A stretch of DNA of 64,000 bases from Eledone cirrhosa (lineage: Eukaryota): assembly GCA_964016885.1 (NCBI GenBank), contig OZ024743.1, positions 117,366,001-117,430,000 on the forward strand, given 5' to 3'. The notes below the pieces were generated by a model, which did no database searches, was not told the origin of the DNA, and worked only from the letters and a program-made list of their open reading frames with translations. Below, one piece after another: positions 36,310 to 48,598 of this stretch. Position numbers and translations under genes: made by a program. Within the stretch, counting starts at the first letter, position 1. Every line of letters begins with the position of its first letter.

Positions 36310-36382
36310 GCCGAAATTGCTCAGTTGGGAGAGCGTTAGACTGAAGATCTAATGGTCCCCTGTTCAATCACGGGCTTCGGCA
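36310..36382 (+). pseudogene. trnF: tRNA-Phe(GAA) U30, probable pseudogene
   Basis: A9T, A44T, C61A, T66C. Confidence 0.65.
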
Positions 36383-36688
36383 TGCAGACTTAGTATTTTC
36401 TCAAATATTTCTAATGATTTTGATAGAGAACTATATATGATTTAAATAACAATTAATCGAATGGTTCCTTTGTCAGTCATCAAAAAGTCACTTTTATTTT
36501 AGTAGACACCAAATAATACCAACTATCAGCAAAACGTCATATAGTTCAGGTGTGTTTTTGAACATTTAGTTCCGATTCAATAAAAGAGGAATATTAGACG
36601 ACAATATCAGCTATTCAGTTTATCAATTCAAATAATGTGTTGAACATTCTAAACGAAACCGTCTATATATGAATGTATAGTAAGAGTT

Positions 36689-36694
36689 GTCTCT

Positions 36695-36728
<34 letters not shown>

Positions 36729-36762
36729 TGAAAGGTTGGTGGTTCAAGTCCACCCAGGGTCG
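36689..36762 (+). tRNA. trnN: tRNA-Asn(GTT) U30
   Basis: A71T. Confidence 0.8.
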
Positions 36763-37100
36763 TAATAGTCTACTTTTGCTTTAGAAACATTACTAAAAAA
36801 TCTGTATATTTAGGTTTACAGCTTGCATTTAGAATTATTTGTAACACTAATACATGTTTCAATATATTACCCTGATAAAGATTAATTTTGCTTTACGTTA
36901 CCTAAACCATTTCATCTCTACTGGATTGTATTTCACCAAAAATCTTCATATTTCTATCTTAAACGAACACTGATCATCATCTGATGGAACATATAAAGTG
37001 TATGTTATAAAAAAAATTCAAATGTTTTAACAATCTAAAGTAGATTATATTTATGTTTGTTTAAGTTCTTTCGTAAATATACATTCAGCATGCAACATTG

Positions 37101-37173
37101 ATCCGGCTAGCTCAGTCGGTAGAGCAGGAGACACTTAATCTCAGAGTCCAGGGTTCGTGTCCAACGTTGGGTG
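37101..37173 (+). pseudogene. trnK: tRNA-Lys(CTT) pseudogene U31
   Basis: Array Lys consensus. Confidence 0.85.
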
Positions 37174-37568
37174 AAAATGGTATTGTTTCCATGATATGTT
37201 TTATAAAATTGACATTAATATTAATATTACGAAATAATTATATGGTACATTCATGTATCATGATCAATTGATATTCACCCTAAATATTTAATAGCAAAGC
37301 GAAATTTTCAGTGAGTTTTCAAAACATTCTTATATATTTATGAAATTATTTTGCTATAGGTATGATATGAAGTTACTAATATTAATTTTAGTATATAGAA
37401 CATGCAACAGGAATAAGCAAGTTCAATTCAAATATTTATGTTTTACATAAAAATTACTCGTTTCTAAATCATAAATGATTATATTTCTCGAAGTATTTGT
37501 TTAATATAAATATATTGTGGCGATACTGATGTAATTATGACGTCAAATAGAGAGTCACTAGCTGTACA

Positions 37569-37641
37569 GCCGAAATAGCTCAGTTGGGAGAGCGTTAGAC
37601 TGAAGATCTAAAGGTCCTCTGTTCAATCCCGTGTTTCGGCA
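37569..37641 (+). tRNA. trnF: tRNA-Phe(GAA) U31
   Basis: C50T, G64T. Confidence 0.68.
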
Positions 37642-37947
37642 TGCAGACGTATTATTTTCTCAAACATTTCTAATGATTTTGATAGAGAACTATATATGAT
37701 TTAAATAACAATTAATCGAATGGTTCCTTTGTCAGTCATCAAAAAGTCACTTTTATTTTAGTAGACACCAAATAATACCAACTATCAGCAAAACGTCATA
37801 TAGTTCAGGTGTGTTTTTGAACATTTAGTTCCGATTCAATAAAAGAGGAATATTAGACGACAATATCAGGCATTCAGTTTATCAATTCAAATAATGTGTT
37901 GAACATTCTAAACGAAACCGTCTATATATGAACGTATAGTAAGAGCT

Positions 37948-38021
37948 GTCTCTGTGGCGCATTCGGTTAGCGCGTTCGGCTGTTAACTGAAAGGTTGGTG
38001 GTTCAAGTCCACCCAGGGACG
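37948..38021 (+). tRNA. trnN: tRNA-Asn(GTT) U31
   Basis: A15T. Confidence 0.82.
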
Positions 38022-38359
38022 TAGTAGTCTAGTTTTGCTTTAGAAACATTCCTAAAAAATCTGTATATTTAGGTTTACAGCTTGCATTTAGAATTATTTG
38101 TAACACTAATACATGTTTCAATATATTCGCCTGATAAAGATTAATTTTGCTTTACGTTACCTAAACTATTTCATCTCTACTGGATGGTATTTCACCAAAA
38201 ATCTTCATATTTCTATCTTAAACGAACACTGATCATCATCTGATAGAACATATAAAGTGTATGTTATAAAAAAAATTCAAATGTTTTAACAATCTAAAGT
38301 AGATTACATTTATGTTTGTTTAAGTTCTTTCGTAAATATACATTCAACACGCACCATTG

Positions 38360-38432
38360 ATCTGGCTAGCTCAGTCGGTAGAGCAGGAGACACTTAATCT
38401 CAGAGTCCAGGGTTCGTGTCCAACGTTGGGTG
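38360..38432 (+). pseudogene. trnK: tRNA-Lys(CTT) pseudogene U32
   Basis: Plus C4T. Confidence 0.85.
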
Positions 38433-38640
38433 AAAATGGTATTGTTTCCATGATATGTTTTATAAAATTGACATTAATATTAATATTACGAAATAATTAT
38501 ATGGTACATTCATGTATCATGATCAATTGATATTCACCCTAAATATCTAATTGCAAAGCGAAATTTTCAGTGAGTTTTCAAAGCATTCTTATATATTCAT
38601 GAAATTATTTAATCTCAAATAGAGAGTCACTAGTTGTACA

Positions 38641-38713
38641 GCCGAAATAGCTCAGTTGGGAGAGCGTTAGACTGAAGATCTAAAGGTCCCCTGTTCAATC
38701 CCGGGTTTCGGCA
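38641..38713 (+). tRNA. trnF: tRNA-Phe(GAA) U32 (short unit)
   Basis: Array consensus. Confidence 0.88.
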
Positions 38714-39019
38714 TGCAGACTTATTATTTTCTCAAATATTTCTAATGATTTTGATAGAGAACTATATATGATTTAAATAACAATTAATCGAATGGTTCCT
38801 TTGTCAGTCATCAAAAAGTCACTTTTATTTTAGTAGACACCAAATAATACCAACTATCAGCAAAACGTCATATAGTTCAGGTGTGTTTTTGAACATTTAG
38901 TTCCGATTCAATAAAAGAGGAATATTAGACGACAATATCAGCTATTCAGTTCATCAATTCAAATAATGTGTTGAACATTCTAAACGAAACCGTCTATATA
39001 TGAATGTATAGTAAGAGCT

Positions 39020-39025
39020 GTCTCT

Positions 39026-39059
<34 letters not shown>

Positions 39060-39093
39060 TGAAAGGTTGGTGGTTCAAGTCCACCCAGGGACG
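39020..39093 (+). tRNA. trnN: tRNA-Asn(GTT) U32
   Basis: Consensus, intact. Confidence 0.92.
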
Positions 39094-39429
39094 TAATTGT
39101 CTACTTTTGCTTTAGAAACATTACTAAAAAATCTGTATATTTAGGTTTACAGCTTGCATTTAGAATTATTTGTAACACTAATACATGTTTCAATATATTA
39201 CCCTGATAAAGATTAATTTTGCTTTACGTTACCTAAACCATTTCATCTCTACTGGATTGTATTTCACCAAAAATCTTCATATTTCTATCTTAAACGAACA
39301 CTGATCATCATCTGATGGAACATATAAAGTGTATGTTATAAAAAAAATTCAAATGTTTTAACAATCTAAAGTAGATTATATTTGTTTGTTTAAGTCCTTT
39401 CGTAAATATACATTCAGCACGCACCATTG

Positions 39430-39502
39430 ATCCGGCTAGCTCAGTCGGTAGAGCAGGAGACACTTAATCTCAGAGTCCAGGGTTCGTGTCCAACGTTGGG
39501 TG
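39430..39502 (+). pseudogene. trnK: tRNA-Lys(CTT) pseudogene U33
   Basis: Array Lys consensus. Confidence 0.85.
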
Positions 39503-39710
39503 AAAATGGTATTGTTTCCATGATAAGTTTTATAAAATTGACATTAATATTAATATTACGAAATAATTATATGGTACATTCATGTATCATGATCAATTGA
39601 TATTCACCCTAAATATCTAATTGCAAAGCGAAATTTTCAGTGAGTTTTCAAAGCATTCTTATATATTCATGAAATTATTTAATCTCAAATAGAGAGTCAC
39701 TAGTTGTACA

Positions 39711-39783
39711 GCCGAAATAGCTCAGTTGCGAGAGCGTTAGACTGAAGATCTAAAGGTCCCCTGTTCAATCCCGGGTTTCGGCA
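39711..39783 (+). tRNA. trnF: tRNA-Phe(GAA) U33 (short unit)
   Basis: G19C. Confidence 0.72.
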
Positions 39784-40089
39784 TGCAGACTTATTATTTT
39801 CTCAAATATTTCTAATGATTTTGATAGAGAACTATATATGATTTAAATAACAATTAATCGAATGGTTCCTTTGTCAGTCATCAAAAAGTCACTTTTATTT
39901 TAGTAGACACCAAATAATACCAACTATCAGCAAAACGTCATATAGTTCAGGTGTGTTTTTGAACATTTAGTTCCGATTCAATAAAAGAGGAATATTAGAC
40001 GACAATATCAGGTATTCAGTTTATCAATTCAAATAATGTGTTGAACATTCTAAACGAAACCGTCTATATATGAACGTATAGTAAGAGCT

Positions 40090-40163
40090 GTCTCTGTGGC
40101 GCATTCGGTTAGCGCGTTCGGCTGTTAACTGAAAGTTTGGTGGTTCAAGTCCACCCAGGGACG
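40090..40163 (+). tRNA. trnN: tRNA-Asn(GTT) U33
   Basis: A15T, G46T. Confidence 0.78.
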
Positions 40164-40501
40164 TAGTAGTCTAGTTTTGCTTTAGAAACATTCCTAAAAA
40201 ATCTGTATATTTAGGTTTACAGCTTGCATTTAGAATTATTTGTAACACTAATACATGTTTCAATATATTAGCCTGATAAAGATTAATTTTGCTTTACGTT
40301 ACCTAAACCATTTCATCTCTACTGGATTGTATTTCACCAAAAATCTTCATATTTCTATCTTAAACGAACACTGATCATCATCTGATGGAACATATAAAGT
40401 GTATGTTATAAAAAAAATTCAAATGTTTTAACAATCTAAAGTAGATTACATTTATGTTTGTTTAAGTTCTTTCGTAAATATACATTCAACACGCACCATT
40501 G

Positions 40502-40574
40502 ATCTGGCTAGCTCAGTCGGTAGAGCAGGAGACACTTAATCTCAGAGCCCAGGGTTCGTGTCCAACGTTGGGTG
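40502..40574 (+). pseudogene. trnK: tRNA-Lys(CTT) pseudogene U34
   Basis: Plus C4T, T47C. Confidence 0.85.
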
Positions 40575-40782
40575 AAAATGGTATTGTTTCCATGATATGT
40601 TTTATAAAATTGACATTAATATTAATATTACGAAATAATTATATGGTACATTCATGTATCATGATCAATTGATATTCACCCTAAATATCTAATTGCAAAG
40701 CGAAATTTTCAGTGAGTTTTCAAAGCATTCTTATATATTCATGAAATTATTTAATCTCAAATAGAGAGTCACTAGTTGTACA

Positions 40783-40855
40783 GCCGAAATAGCTCAGTTG
40801 CGAGAGCGTTAGACTGAAGATCTAAAGGTCCCCTGTTCAATCCCGGGTTTCGGCA
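40783..40855 (+). tRNA. trnF: tRNA-Phe(GAA) U34 (short unit)
   Basis: G19C. Confidence 0.72.
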
Positions 40856-41161
40856 TGCAGACTTATTATTTTCTCAAATATTTCTAATGATTTTGATAGA
40901 GAACTATATATGATTTAAATAACAATTAATCGAATGGTTCCTTTGTCAGTCATCAAAAAGTCACTTTTATTTTAGTAGACACCAAATAATACCAACTATC
41001 AGCAAAACGTCATATAGTTCAGGTGTGTTTTTGAACATTTAGTTCCGATTCAATAAAAGAGGAATATTAGACGACAATATCAGGTATTCAGTTAATCAAT
41101 TCAAATAATGTGTTGAACATTCTAACCGAAACCGTCAATATATGAATGTATAGTAAGAGCT

Positions 41162-41167
41162 GTCTCT

Positions 41168-41201
<34 letters not shown>

Positions 41202-41235
41202 TGAAAGGTTGGTGGTTCAAGTCCACCCAGGGACG
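41162..41235 (+). tRNA. trnN: tRNA-Asn(GTT) U34
   Basis: Consensus, intact. Confidence 0.92.
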
Positions 41236-41573
41236 TAATAGTCTACTTTTGCTTTAGAAACATTACTAAAAAATCTGTATATTTAGGTTTACAGCTTGCA
41301 TTCAGAATTATTTGTAACACTAATACATGTTTCAATATATTAGCCTGATAAAGATTCCTTTTGCTTTACGTTACCTAAACCATTTCATCTCTACTGGATT
41401 GTATTTCACCAAAAATCTTCATATTTCTATCTTAAACGAACACTGATCATCATCTGATGGAACATATAAAGTGTATGTTATAAAAAAAATTCAAATGTTT
41501 TAACAATCTAAAGTAGATTATATTTATGTTTGTTTAAGTCATTTCGTAAATATACATTCAGCACGCACCATTG

Positions 41574-41646
41574 ATCCGGCTAGCTCAGTCGGTAGAGCAG
41601 GAGACACTTAATCTCAGAGTCCAGGGTTCGTGTCCAACGTTGGGTG
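41574..41646 (+). pseudogene. trnK: tRNA-Lys(CTT) pseudogene U35
   Basis: Array Lys consensus. Confidence 0.85.
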
Positions 41647-42041
41647 AAAATGGTATTGTTTCCATGATATGTTTTATAAAATTGACATTAATATTAATAT
41701 TACGAAATAATTATATGGTACATTCATGTATCATGATCAATTGATATTCACCCTAAATATCTAATTGCAAAGCGAAATTTTCAGTGAGTTTTCAAAGCAT
41801 TCTTATATATTTATGAAATTATTTTGCTATAGGTATGATATGAATTTACTAATATTAATGTTAGTATATAGAACATGCAACAGGAATAAGCAAGTTCAAT
41901 TCAAATATTTATGTTTTACAAAAATATTACTCGTTTCTAAATCATAAATGATTATATTTCTCGAAGTATTTGTTTAATATAAATATATTGTGGCGATACT
42001 GATGTAATTATGACGTCAAATAGAGAGTCACTAGCTGTACA

Positions 42042-42114
42042 GCCGAAATTGCTCAGTTAGGAGAGCGTTAGACTGAAGATCTAATGGGCCCCTGTTCAAT
42101 CCCGGGTTTCGGCA
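42042..42114 (+). tRNA. trnF: tRNA-Phe(GAA) U35, A-box damaged
   Basis: A9T, G18A, A44T, T47G. Confidence 0.62.
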
Positions 42115-42420
42115 TGCAGACTTATTATTTTCTCAAATATTTCTAATGATTTTGATAGAGAACTATATATGATTTAAATAACAATTAATCGAATGGTTCC
42201 TTTGTCAGTCATCAAAAAGTCACTTTTATTTTAGTAGACACCAAATAATACCAACTATCAGCAACACATCAAATAGTTCAGGTGTGTTTTTGAACATTTA
42301 GTTCCGATTCAATAAAAGAGGAATATTAGACGACAATATCAGCTATTCAGTTTATCAATTCAAATAATGTGTTGAACATTCTAAACGAAACCGTCTATAT
42401 ATGAATTTATAGTAAGAGCT

Positions 42421-42426
42421 GTCTCT

Positions 42427-42460
<34 letters not shown>

Positions 42461-42494
42461 TGAAAGGTTGGTGGTTCAAGTCCACCCAGGGTCG
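42421..42494 (+). tRNA. trnN: tRNA-Asn(GTT) U35
   Basis: A71T. Confidence 0.8.
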
Positions 42495-42830
42495 TAATAG
42501 TCTACTTTTGCTTTAGAAACATTACTAAAAAATCTGTATATTTAGGTTTACAGCTTGCATTCAGAATTATTTGTAACACTAATACATGTTTCAATATATT
42601 AGCCTGATAAATATTAATTTTGCTTTACGTTACCTAAACCATTTCATCTCTACTGGATTGTATTTCACCAAAAATCTTCATATTTCTATCTTAAACGAAC
42701 ACTGATCATCATCTGATGGAACATATAAAGTGTATGTTATAAAAAAAATTCAAATGTTTTCACAATCTAAAGTAGATTATATTTGTTTGTTTAAGTCCTT
42801 TCGTAAATATACATTCAGCACGCACCATTG

Positions 42831-42903
42831 ATCCGGCTAGCTCAGTCGGTAGAGCAGGAGACACTTAATCTCAGAGTCCAGGGTTCGTGTCCAACGTTGG
42901 GTG
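42831..42903 (+). pseudogene. trnK: tRNA-Lys(CTT) pseudogene U36
   Basis: Array Lys consensus. Confidence 0.85.
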
Positions 42904-43298
42904 AAAATGGTATTGTTTCCATGATAAGTTTTATAAAATTGACATTAATATTAATATTACGAAATAATTATATGGTACATTCATGTATCATGATCAATTG
43001 ATATTCACCCTAAACATCTAATTGCAAAGCGAAATTTTCAGTGAGTTTTCAAAGCATTCTTATATATTTATGAAATTATTTTGCTATAGGTATGATATGA
43101 ATTTACTAATATTAATTTTAGTATATAGAACTTGCAACAGGAATAAGCAAGTTCAATTCAAATATTTATGTTTTACATAAAAATTACTCGTTTCTAAATC
43201 ATAAATGATTATATTTCTCGAAGTATTTGTTTAATATAAATATATTGTGGCGATACTGATGTAATTATGACGTCAAATAGAGAGTCACTAGCTGTACA

Positions 43299-43371
43299 GC
43301 CGAAATTGCTCAGTTGGGAGAGCGTTAGACTGAAGATGTAATGGTCCCCTGTTCAATCCCGGGTTTCGGCA
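43299..43371 (+). tRNA. trnF: tRNA-Phe(GAA) U36
   Basis: A9T, C40G, A44T. Confidence 0.65.
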
Positions 43372-43677
43372 TGCAGACTTATTATTTTCTCAAATATTTC
43401 TAATGATTTTGATAGAGAACTATATATGATTTAAATAACAATTAATCGAATGGTTCCTTTGTCAGTCATCAAAAAGTCACTTTTATTTTAGTAGACACCA
43501 AATAATACCAACTATCAGCAAAACGTCATATAGTTCAGGTGTGTTTTTGAACATTTAGTTCCGATTCAATAAAAGAGGAATATTAGACGACAATATCAGG
43601 TATTCAGTTTATCAATTCAAATAATGTGTTGAACATTCTAAACGAAACCGTCTATATATGAACGTATAGTAAGAGCT

Positions 43678-43751
43678 GTCTCTGTGGCGCAATCGGTTAG
43701 CGCGGTCGGCTGTTAACTGAAAGGTTGGTGGTTCAAGTCCACCCAGGGACG
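43678..43751 (+). tRNA. trnN: tRNA-Asn(GTT) U36
   Basis: T27G. Confidence 0.8.
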
Positions 43752-44089
43752 TAGTAGTCTAGTTTTGCTTTAGAAACATTCCTAAAAAATCTGTATATTT
43801 AGGTTTACAGCTTGCATTTAGAATTATTTGTAACACTAATACATGTTTCAATATATTAGCCTGATAAAGATTAATTTTGCTTTACGTTACCTAAACCATT
43901 TCATCTCTACTGGATGGTATTTCACCAAAAATCTTCATATTTCTATCTTAAACGAACACTGATCATCATCTGATGGAACATATAAAGTGTATGTTATAAA
44001 AAAAATTCAAATGTTTTATCAATCTAAAGTAGATTACATTTATGTTTGTTTAAGTTCTTTCGTAAATATACATTCAACACGCACCATTG

Positions 44090-44162
44090 ATCTGGCTAGC
44101 TCAGTCGGTAGAGCAGGAGACACTTAATCTCAGAGCCCAGGGTTCGTGTCCAACGTTGGGTG
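44090..44162 (+). pseudogene. trnK: tRNA-Lys(CTT) pseudogene U37
   Basis: Plus C4T, T47C. Confidence 0.85.
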
Positions 44163-44557
44163 AACATGGTATTGTTTCCATGATATGTTTTATAAAATTG
44201 ACATTAATATTAATATTACGAAATAATTATATGGTACATTCATGTATCATGATCAATTGATATTCACCCTAAATATCTAATTGCAAAGCGAAATTTTCAG
44301 TGAGTTTTCAAAGCATTCTTATATATTTATGAAATTATTTTGCTATAGGTATGATATGAATTTACTAATATTAATTTTAGTATATAGAACATGCAACAGG
44401 AATAAGCAAGTTCAATTCAAATATTTATGTTTTACAAAAAAATTACTCGTTTCTAAATCATAAATGATTATATTTCTCGAAATATTTGTTTAATATAAAT
44501 ATATTGTGGCGATACTGATGTAATTATGACGTCAAATACAGAGTCACTAGCTGTACA

Positions 44558-44630
44558 GCCGAAATAGCTCAGTTGGGAGAGCGTTAGACTGAAGATCTAA
44601 TGGTCCCCTGTTCAATCCCGGGTTTCGGCA
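44558..44630 (+). tRNA. trnF: tRNA-Phe(GAA) U37
   Basis: A44T only. Confidence 0.85.
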
Positions 44631-44936
44631 TGCAGACGTATTATTTTCTCAAATATTTCTAATGATTTTGATAGAGAACTATATATGATTTAAATAACAA
44701 ATAATCGAATGGTTCCTTTGTCAGTCATCAAAAAGTCACTTTTATTTTAGTAGACACCAAATAATACCAACTATCAGCAAAACGTCATATAGTTCAGGTG
44801 TGTTTTTGAACATTTAGTTCCGATTCAATAAAAGAGGAATATTAGACGACAATATCAGCTATTCAGTTTATCAATTCAAATAATGTGTTGAACATTCTAA
44901 ACGAAACCGTCTATATATGAATTTATAGTAAGAGCT

Positions 44937-44942
44937 GTCTCT

Positions 44943-44976
<34 letters not shown>

Positions 44977-45010
44977 TGAAAGGTTGGTGGTTCAAGTCCA
45001 CCCAGGGTCG
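44937..45010 (+). tRNA. trnN: tRNA-Asn(GTT) U37
   Basis: A71T. Confidence 0.8.
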
Positions 45011-45346
45011 TAATAGTCTACTTTTGCTTTAGAAACATTACTAAAAAATCTGTATATTTAGGTTTACAGCTTGCATTCAGAATTATTTGTAACACTAATA
45101 CATGTTTCAATATATTAGCCTGATAAATATTAATTTTGCTTTACGTTACCTAAACCATTTCATCTCTACTGGATTGTATTTCACCAAAAATCTTCATATT
45201 TCTACCTTAAACGAACACTGATCATCATCTGATGGAACATATAAAGTGTATGTTATAAAAAAAATTCAAATGTTTTAACAATCTAAAGTAGATTATATTT
45301 GTTTGTTTAAGTCCTTTCGTAAATATACATTCAGCACGCACCATTG

Positions 45347-45419
45347 ATCCGGCTAGCTCAGTCGGTAGAGCAGGAGACACTTAATCTCAGAGTCCAGGGT
45401 TCGTGTCCAACGTTGGGTG
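45347..45419 (+). pseudogene. trnK: tRNA-Lys(CTT) pseudogene U38
   Basis: Array Lys consensus. Confidence 0.85.
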
Positions 45420-45814
45420 AAAATGGTATTGTTTCCATGATAAGTTTTATAAAATTGACATTAATATTAATATTACGAAATAATTATATGGTACATTCAT
45501 GTATCATGATCAATTGATATTCACCCTAAACATCTAATTGCAAAGCGAAATTTTCAGTGAGTTTTCAAAGCATTCTTATATATTTATGAAATTATTTTGC
45601 TATAGGTATGATATGAATTTACTAATATTAATTTTAGTATATAGAACTTGCAACAGGAATAAGCAAGTTCAATTCAAATATTTATGTTTTACATAAAAAT
45701 TACTCGTTTCTAAATCATAAATGATTATATTTCTCGAAGTATTTGTTTAATATAAATATATTGTGGCGATACTGATGTAATTATGACGTCAAATAGAGAG
45801 TCACTAGCTGTACA

Positions 45815-45887
45815 GCCGAAATTGCTCAGTTGGGAGAGCGTTAGACTGAAGATCTAATGGTCCCCTGTTCAATCCCGGGTTTCGGCA
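45815..45887 (+). tRNA. trnF: tRNA-Phe(GAA) U38
   Basis: A9T, A44T. Confidence 0.75.
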
Positions 45888-46193
45888 TGCAGACTTATTA
45901 TTTTCTCAAATATTTCTAATGATTTTGATAGAGAACTATATATGATTTAAATAACAATTAATCGAATGGTTCCTTTGTCAGTCATCAAAAAGTCACTTTT
46001 ATTTTAGTAGACACCAAATAATACCAACTATCAGCAAAACGTCATATAGTTCAGGTGTGTTTTTGAACATTTAGTTCCGATTCAATAAAAGAGGAATATT
46101 AGACGACAATATCAGGTATTCAGTTTATCAATTCAAATAATGTGTTGAACATTCCAAACGAAACCGTCTATATATGAACGCGTAGTAAGAGCT

Positions 46194-46199
46194 GTCTCT

Positions 46200-46233
<34 letters not shown>

Positions 46234-46267
46234 TGAAAGGTTGGTGGTTCAAGTCCACCCAGGGACG
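46194..46267 (+). tRNA. trnN: tRNA-Asn(GTT) U38
   Basis: Consensus, intact. Confidence 0.92.
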
Positions 46268-46605
46268 TAGTAGTCTAGTTTTGCTTTAGAGACATTCCTA
46301 AAAAATCTGTATATTTAGGTTTACAGCTTGCATTTAGAATTATTTGTAACACTAATACATGTTTCAATATATTAGCCTGATAAAGATTAATTTTGCTTTA
46401 CGTTACCTAAACCATTTCATCTCTACTGGATTGTATTTCACCAAAAATCTTCATATTTCTATCTTAAACGAACACTGATCATCATCTGATGGAACATATA
46501 AAGTGTATGTTATAAAAAAAATTCAAATGTTTTAACAATCTAAAGTAGATTATATTTATGTTTGTTTAAGTTCTTTCGTAAATATACATTCAACACGCAC
46601 CATTG

Positions 46606-46678
46606 ATCTGGCTAGCTCAGTCGGTAGAGCAGGAGACACTTAATCTCAGAGTCCAGGGTTCGTGTCCAACGTTGGGTG
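46606..46678 (+). pseudogene. trnK: tRNA-Lys(CTT) pseudogene U39
   Basis: Plus C4T. Confidence 0.85.
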
Positions 46679-46886
46679 AAAATGGTATTGTTTCCATGAT
46701 ATGTTTTATAAAATTGACATTAATATTAATATTACGAAATAATTATATGGTACATTCATGTATCATGATCAATTGATATTCACCCTAAATATCTAATTGC
46801 AAAGCGAAATTTTCAGTGAGTTTTCAAAGCATTCTTATATATTCATGAAATTATTTAATCTCAAATAGAGAGTCACTAGTTGTACA

Positions 46887-46959
46887 GCCGAAATAGCTCA
46901 GTTGGGAGAGCGTTAGACTGAAGATCTAAAGGTCCCCTGTTCAATCCCGGGTTTCGGCA
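46887..46959 (+). tRNA. trnF: tRNA-Phe(GAA) U39 (short unit)
   Basis: Array consensus. Confidence 0.88.
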
Positions 46960-47265
46960 TGCAGACTTATTATTTTCTCAAATATTTCTAATGATTTTGA
47001 TAGAGAACTATATATGATTTAAATAACAATTAATCGAATGGTTCCTTTGTCAGTCATCAAAAAGTCACTTTTATTTTAGTAGACACCAAATAATACCAAC
47101 TATCAGCAAAACGTCATATAGTTCAGGTGTGTTTTTGAACATTTAGTTCCGATTCAATAAAAGAGGAATATTAGACGACAATATCAGCTATTCAGTTCAT
47201 CAATTCAAATAATGTGTTGAACATTCTAAACGAAACCGTCTATATATGAACGTATAGTAAGAGCT

Positions 47266-47339
47266 GTCTCTGTGGCGCATTCGGTTAGCGCGTTCGGCTG
47301 TTAACTGAAAGGTTGGTGGTTCAAGTCCACCCAGGGACG
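47266..47339 (+). tRNA. trnN: tRNA-Asn(GTT) U39
   Basis: A15T. Confidence 0.82.
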
Positions 47340-47677
47340 TAGTAGTCTAGTTTTGCTTTAGAAACATTCCTAAAAAATCTGTATATTTAGGTTTACAGCT
47401 TGCATTTAGAATTATTTGTAACACTAATACATGTTTCAATATATTAGCCTGATAAAGATTAATTTTGCTTTACGTTACCTAAACCATTTCATCTCTACTG
47501 GATGGTATTTCACCAAAAATCTTCATATTTCTATCTTAAACGAACACTGATCATCATCTGATGGAACATATAAAGTGTATGTTATAAAAAAAATTCAAAT
47601 GTTTTATCAATCTAAAGTAGATTACATTTATGTTTGTTTAAGTTCTTTCGTAAATATACATTCAACACGCACCATTG

Positions 47678-47750
47678 ATCTGGCTAGCTCAGTCGGTAGA
47701 GCAGGAGACACTTAATCTCAGAGCCCAGGGTTCGTGTCCAACGTTGGGTG
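47678..47750 (+). pseudogene. trnK: tRNA-Lys(CTT) pseudogene U40
   Basis: Plus C4T, T47C. Confidence 0.85.
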
Positions 47751-48145
47751 AAAATGGTATTGTTTCCATGATATGTTTTATAAAATTGACATTAATATTA
47801 ATATTACGAAATAATTATATGGTACATTCATGTATCATGATCAATTGATATTCACCCTAAATATCTAATTGCAAAGCGAAATTTTCAGTGAGTTTTCAAA
47901 GCATTCTTATATATTTATGAAATTATTTTGCTATAGGTATGATATGAATTTACTAATATTAATTTTAGTATATAGAACATGCAACAGGAATAAGCAAGTT
48001 CAATTGAAATATTTATGTTTTACAAAAAAATTACTCGTTTCTAAATCATAAATGATTATATTTCTCGAAGTATTTGTTTAATATAAATATATTGTGGCGA
48101 TACTGATGTAATTATGACGTCAAATACAGAGTCACTAGCTGTACA

Positions 48146-48218
48146 GCCGAAATAGCTCAGTTGGGAGAGCGTTAGACTGAAGATCTAAAGGTCCCCTGTT
48201 CAATCCCGGGTTTCGGCA
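48146..48218 (+). tRNA. trnF: tRNA-Phe(GAA) U40
   Basis: Array consensus. Confidence 0.9.
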
Positions 48219-48524
48219 TGCAGACGTATTATTTTCTCAAATATTTCTAATGATTTTGATAGAGAACTATATATGATTTAAATAACAAATAATCGAATGG
48301 TTCCTTTGTCAGTCATCAAAAAGTCACTTTTATTTTAGTAGACACCAAATAATACCAACTATCAGCAAAACGTCATATAGTTCAGGTGTGTTTTTGAACA
48401 TTTAGTTCCGATTCAATAAAAGAGGAATATTAGACGACAATATCAGCTATTCAGTTTATCAATTCAAATAATGTGTTGAACATTCTAAACGAAACCGTCT
48501 ATATATGAACGTATAGTAAGAGCT

Positions 48525-48530
48525 GTCTCT

Positions 48531-48564
<34 letters not shown>

Positions 48565-48598
48565 TGAAAGGTTGGTGGTTCAAGTCCACCCAGGGACG
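48525..48598 (+). tRNA. trnN: tRNA-Asn(GTT) U40
   Basis: Consensus, intact. Confidence 0.92.

Noticed and set aside
25961-48051. Seven copies of a 60-aa ORF (MQSEIFSEFSKHSY...)
   Set aside because: It starts at TTG in AT-rich spacer. It is open only in units that combine the TAG>TTG and ACATAA>ACAAAA SNPs, is truncated or deleted in the other 45 units, and has no recognisable domain. It is a by-product of the repeat.
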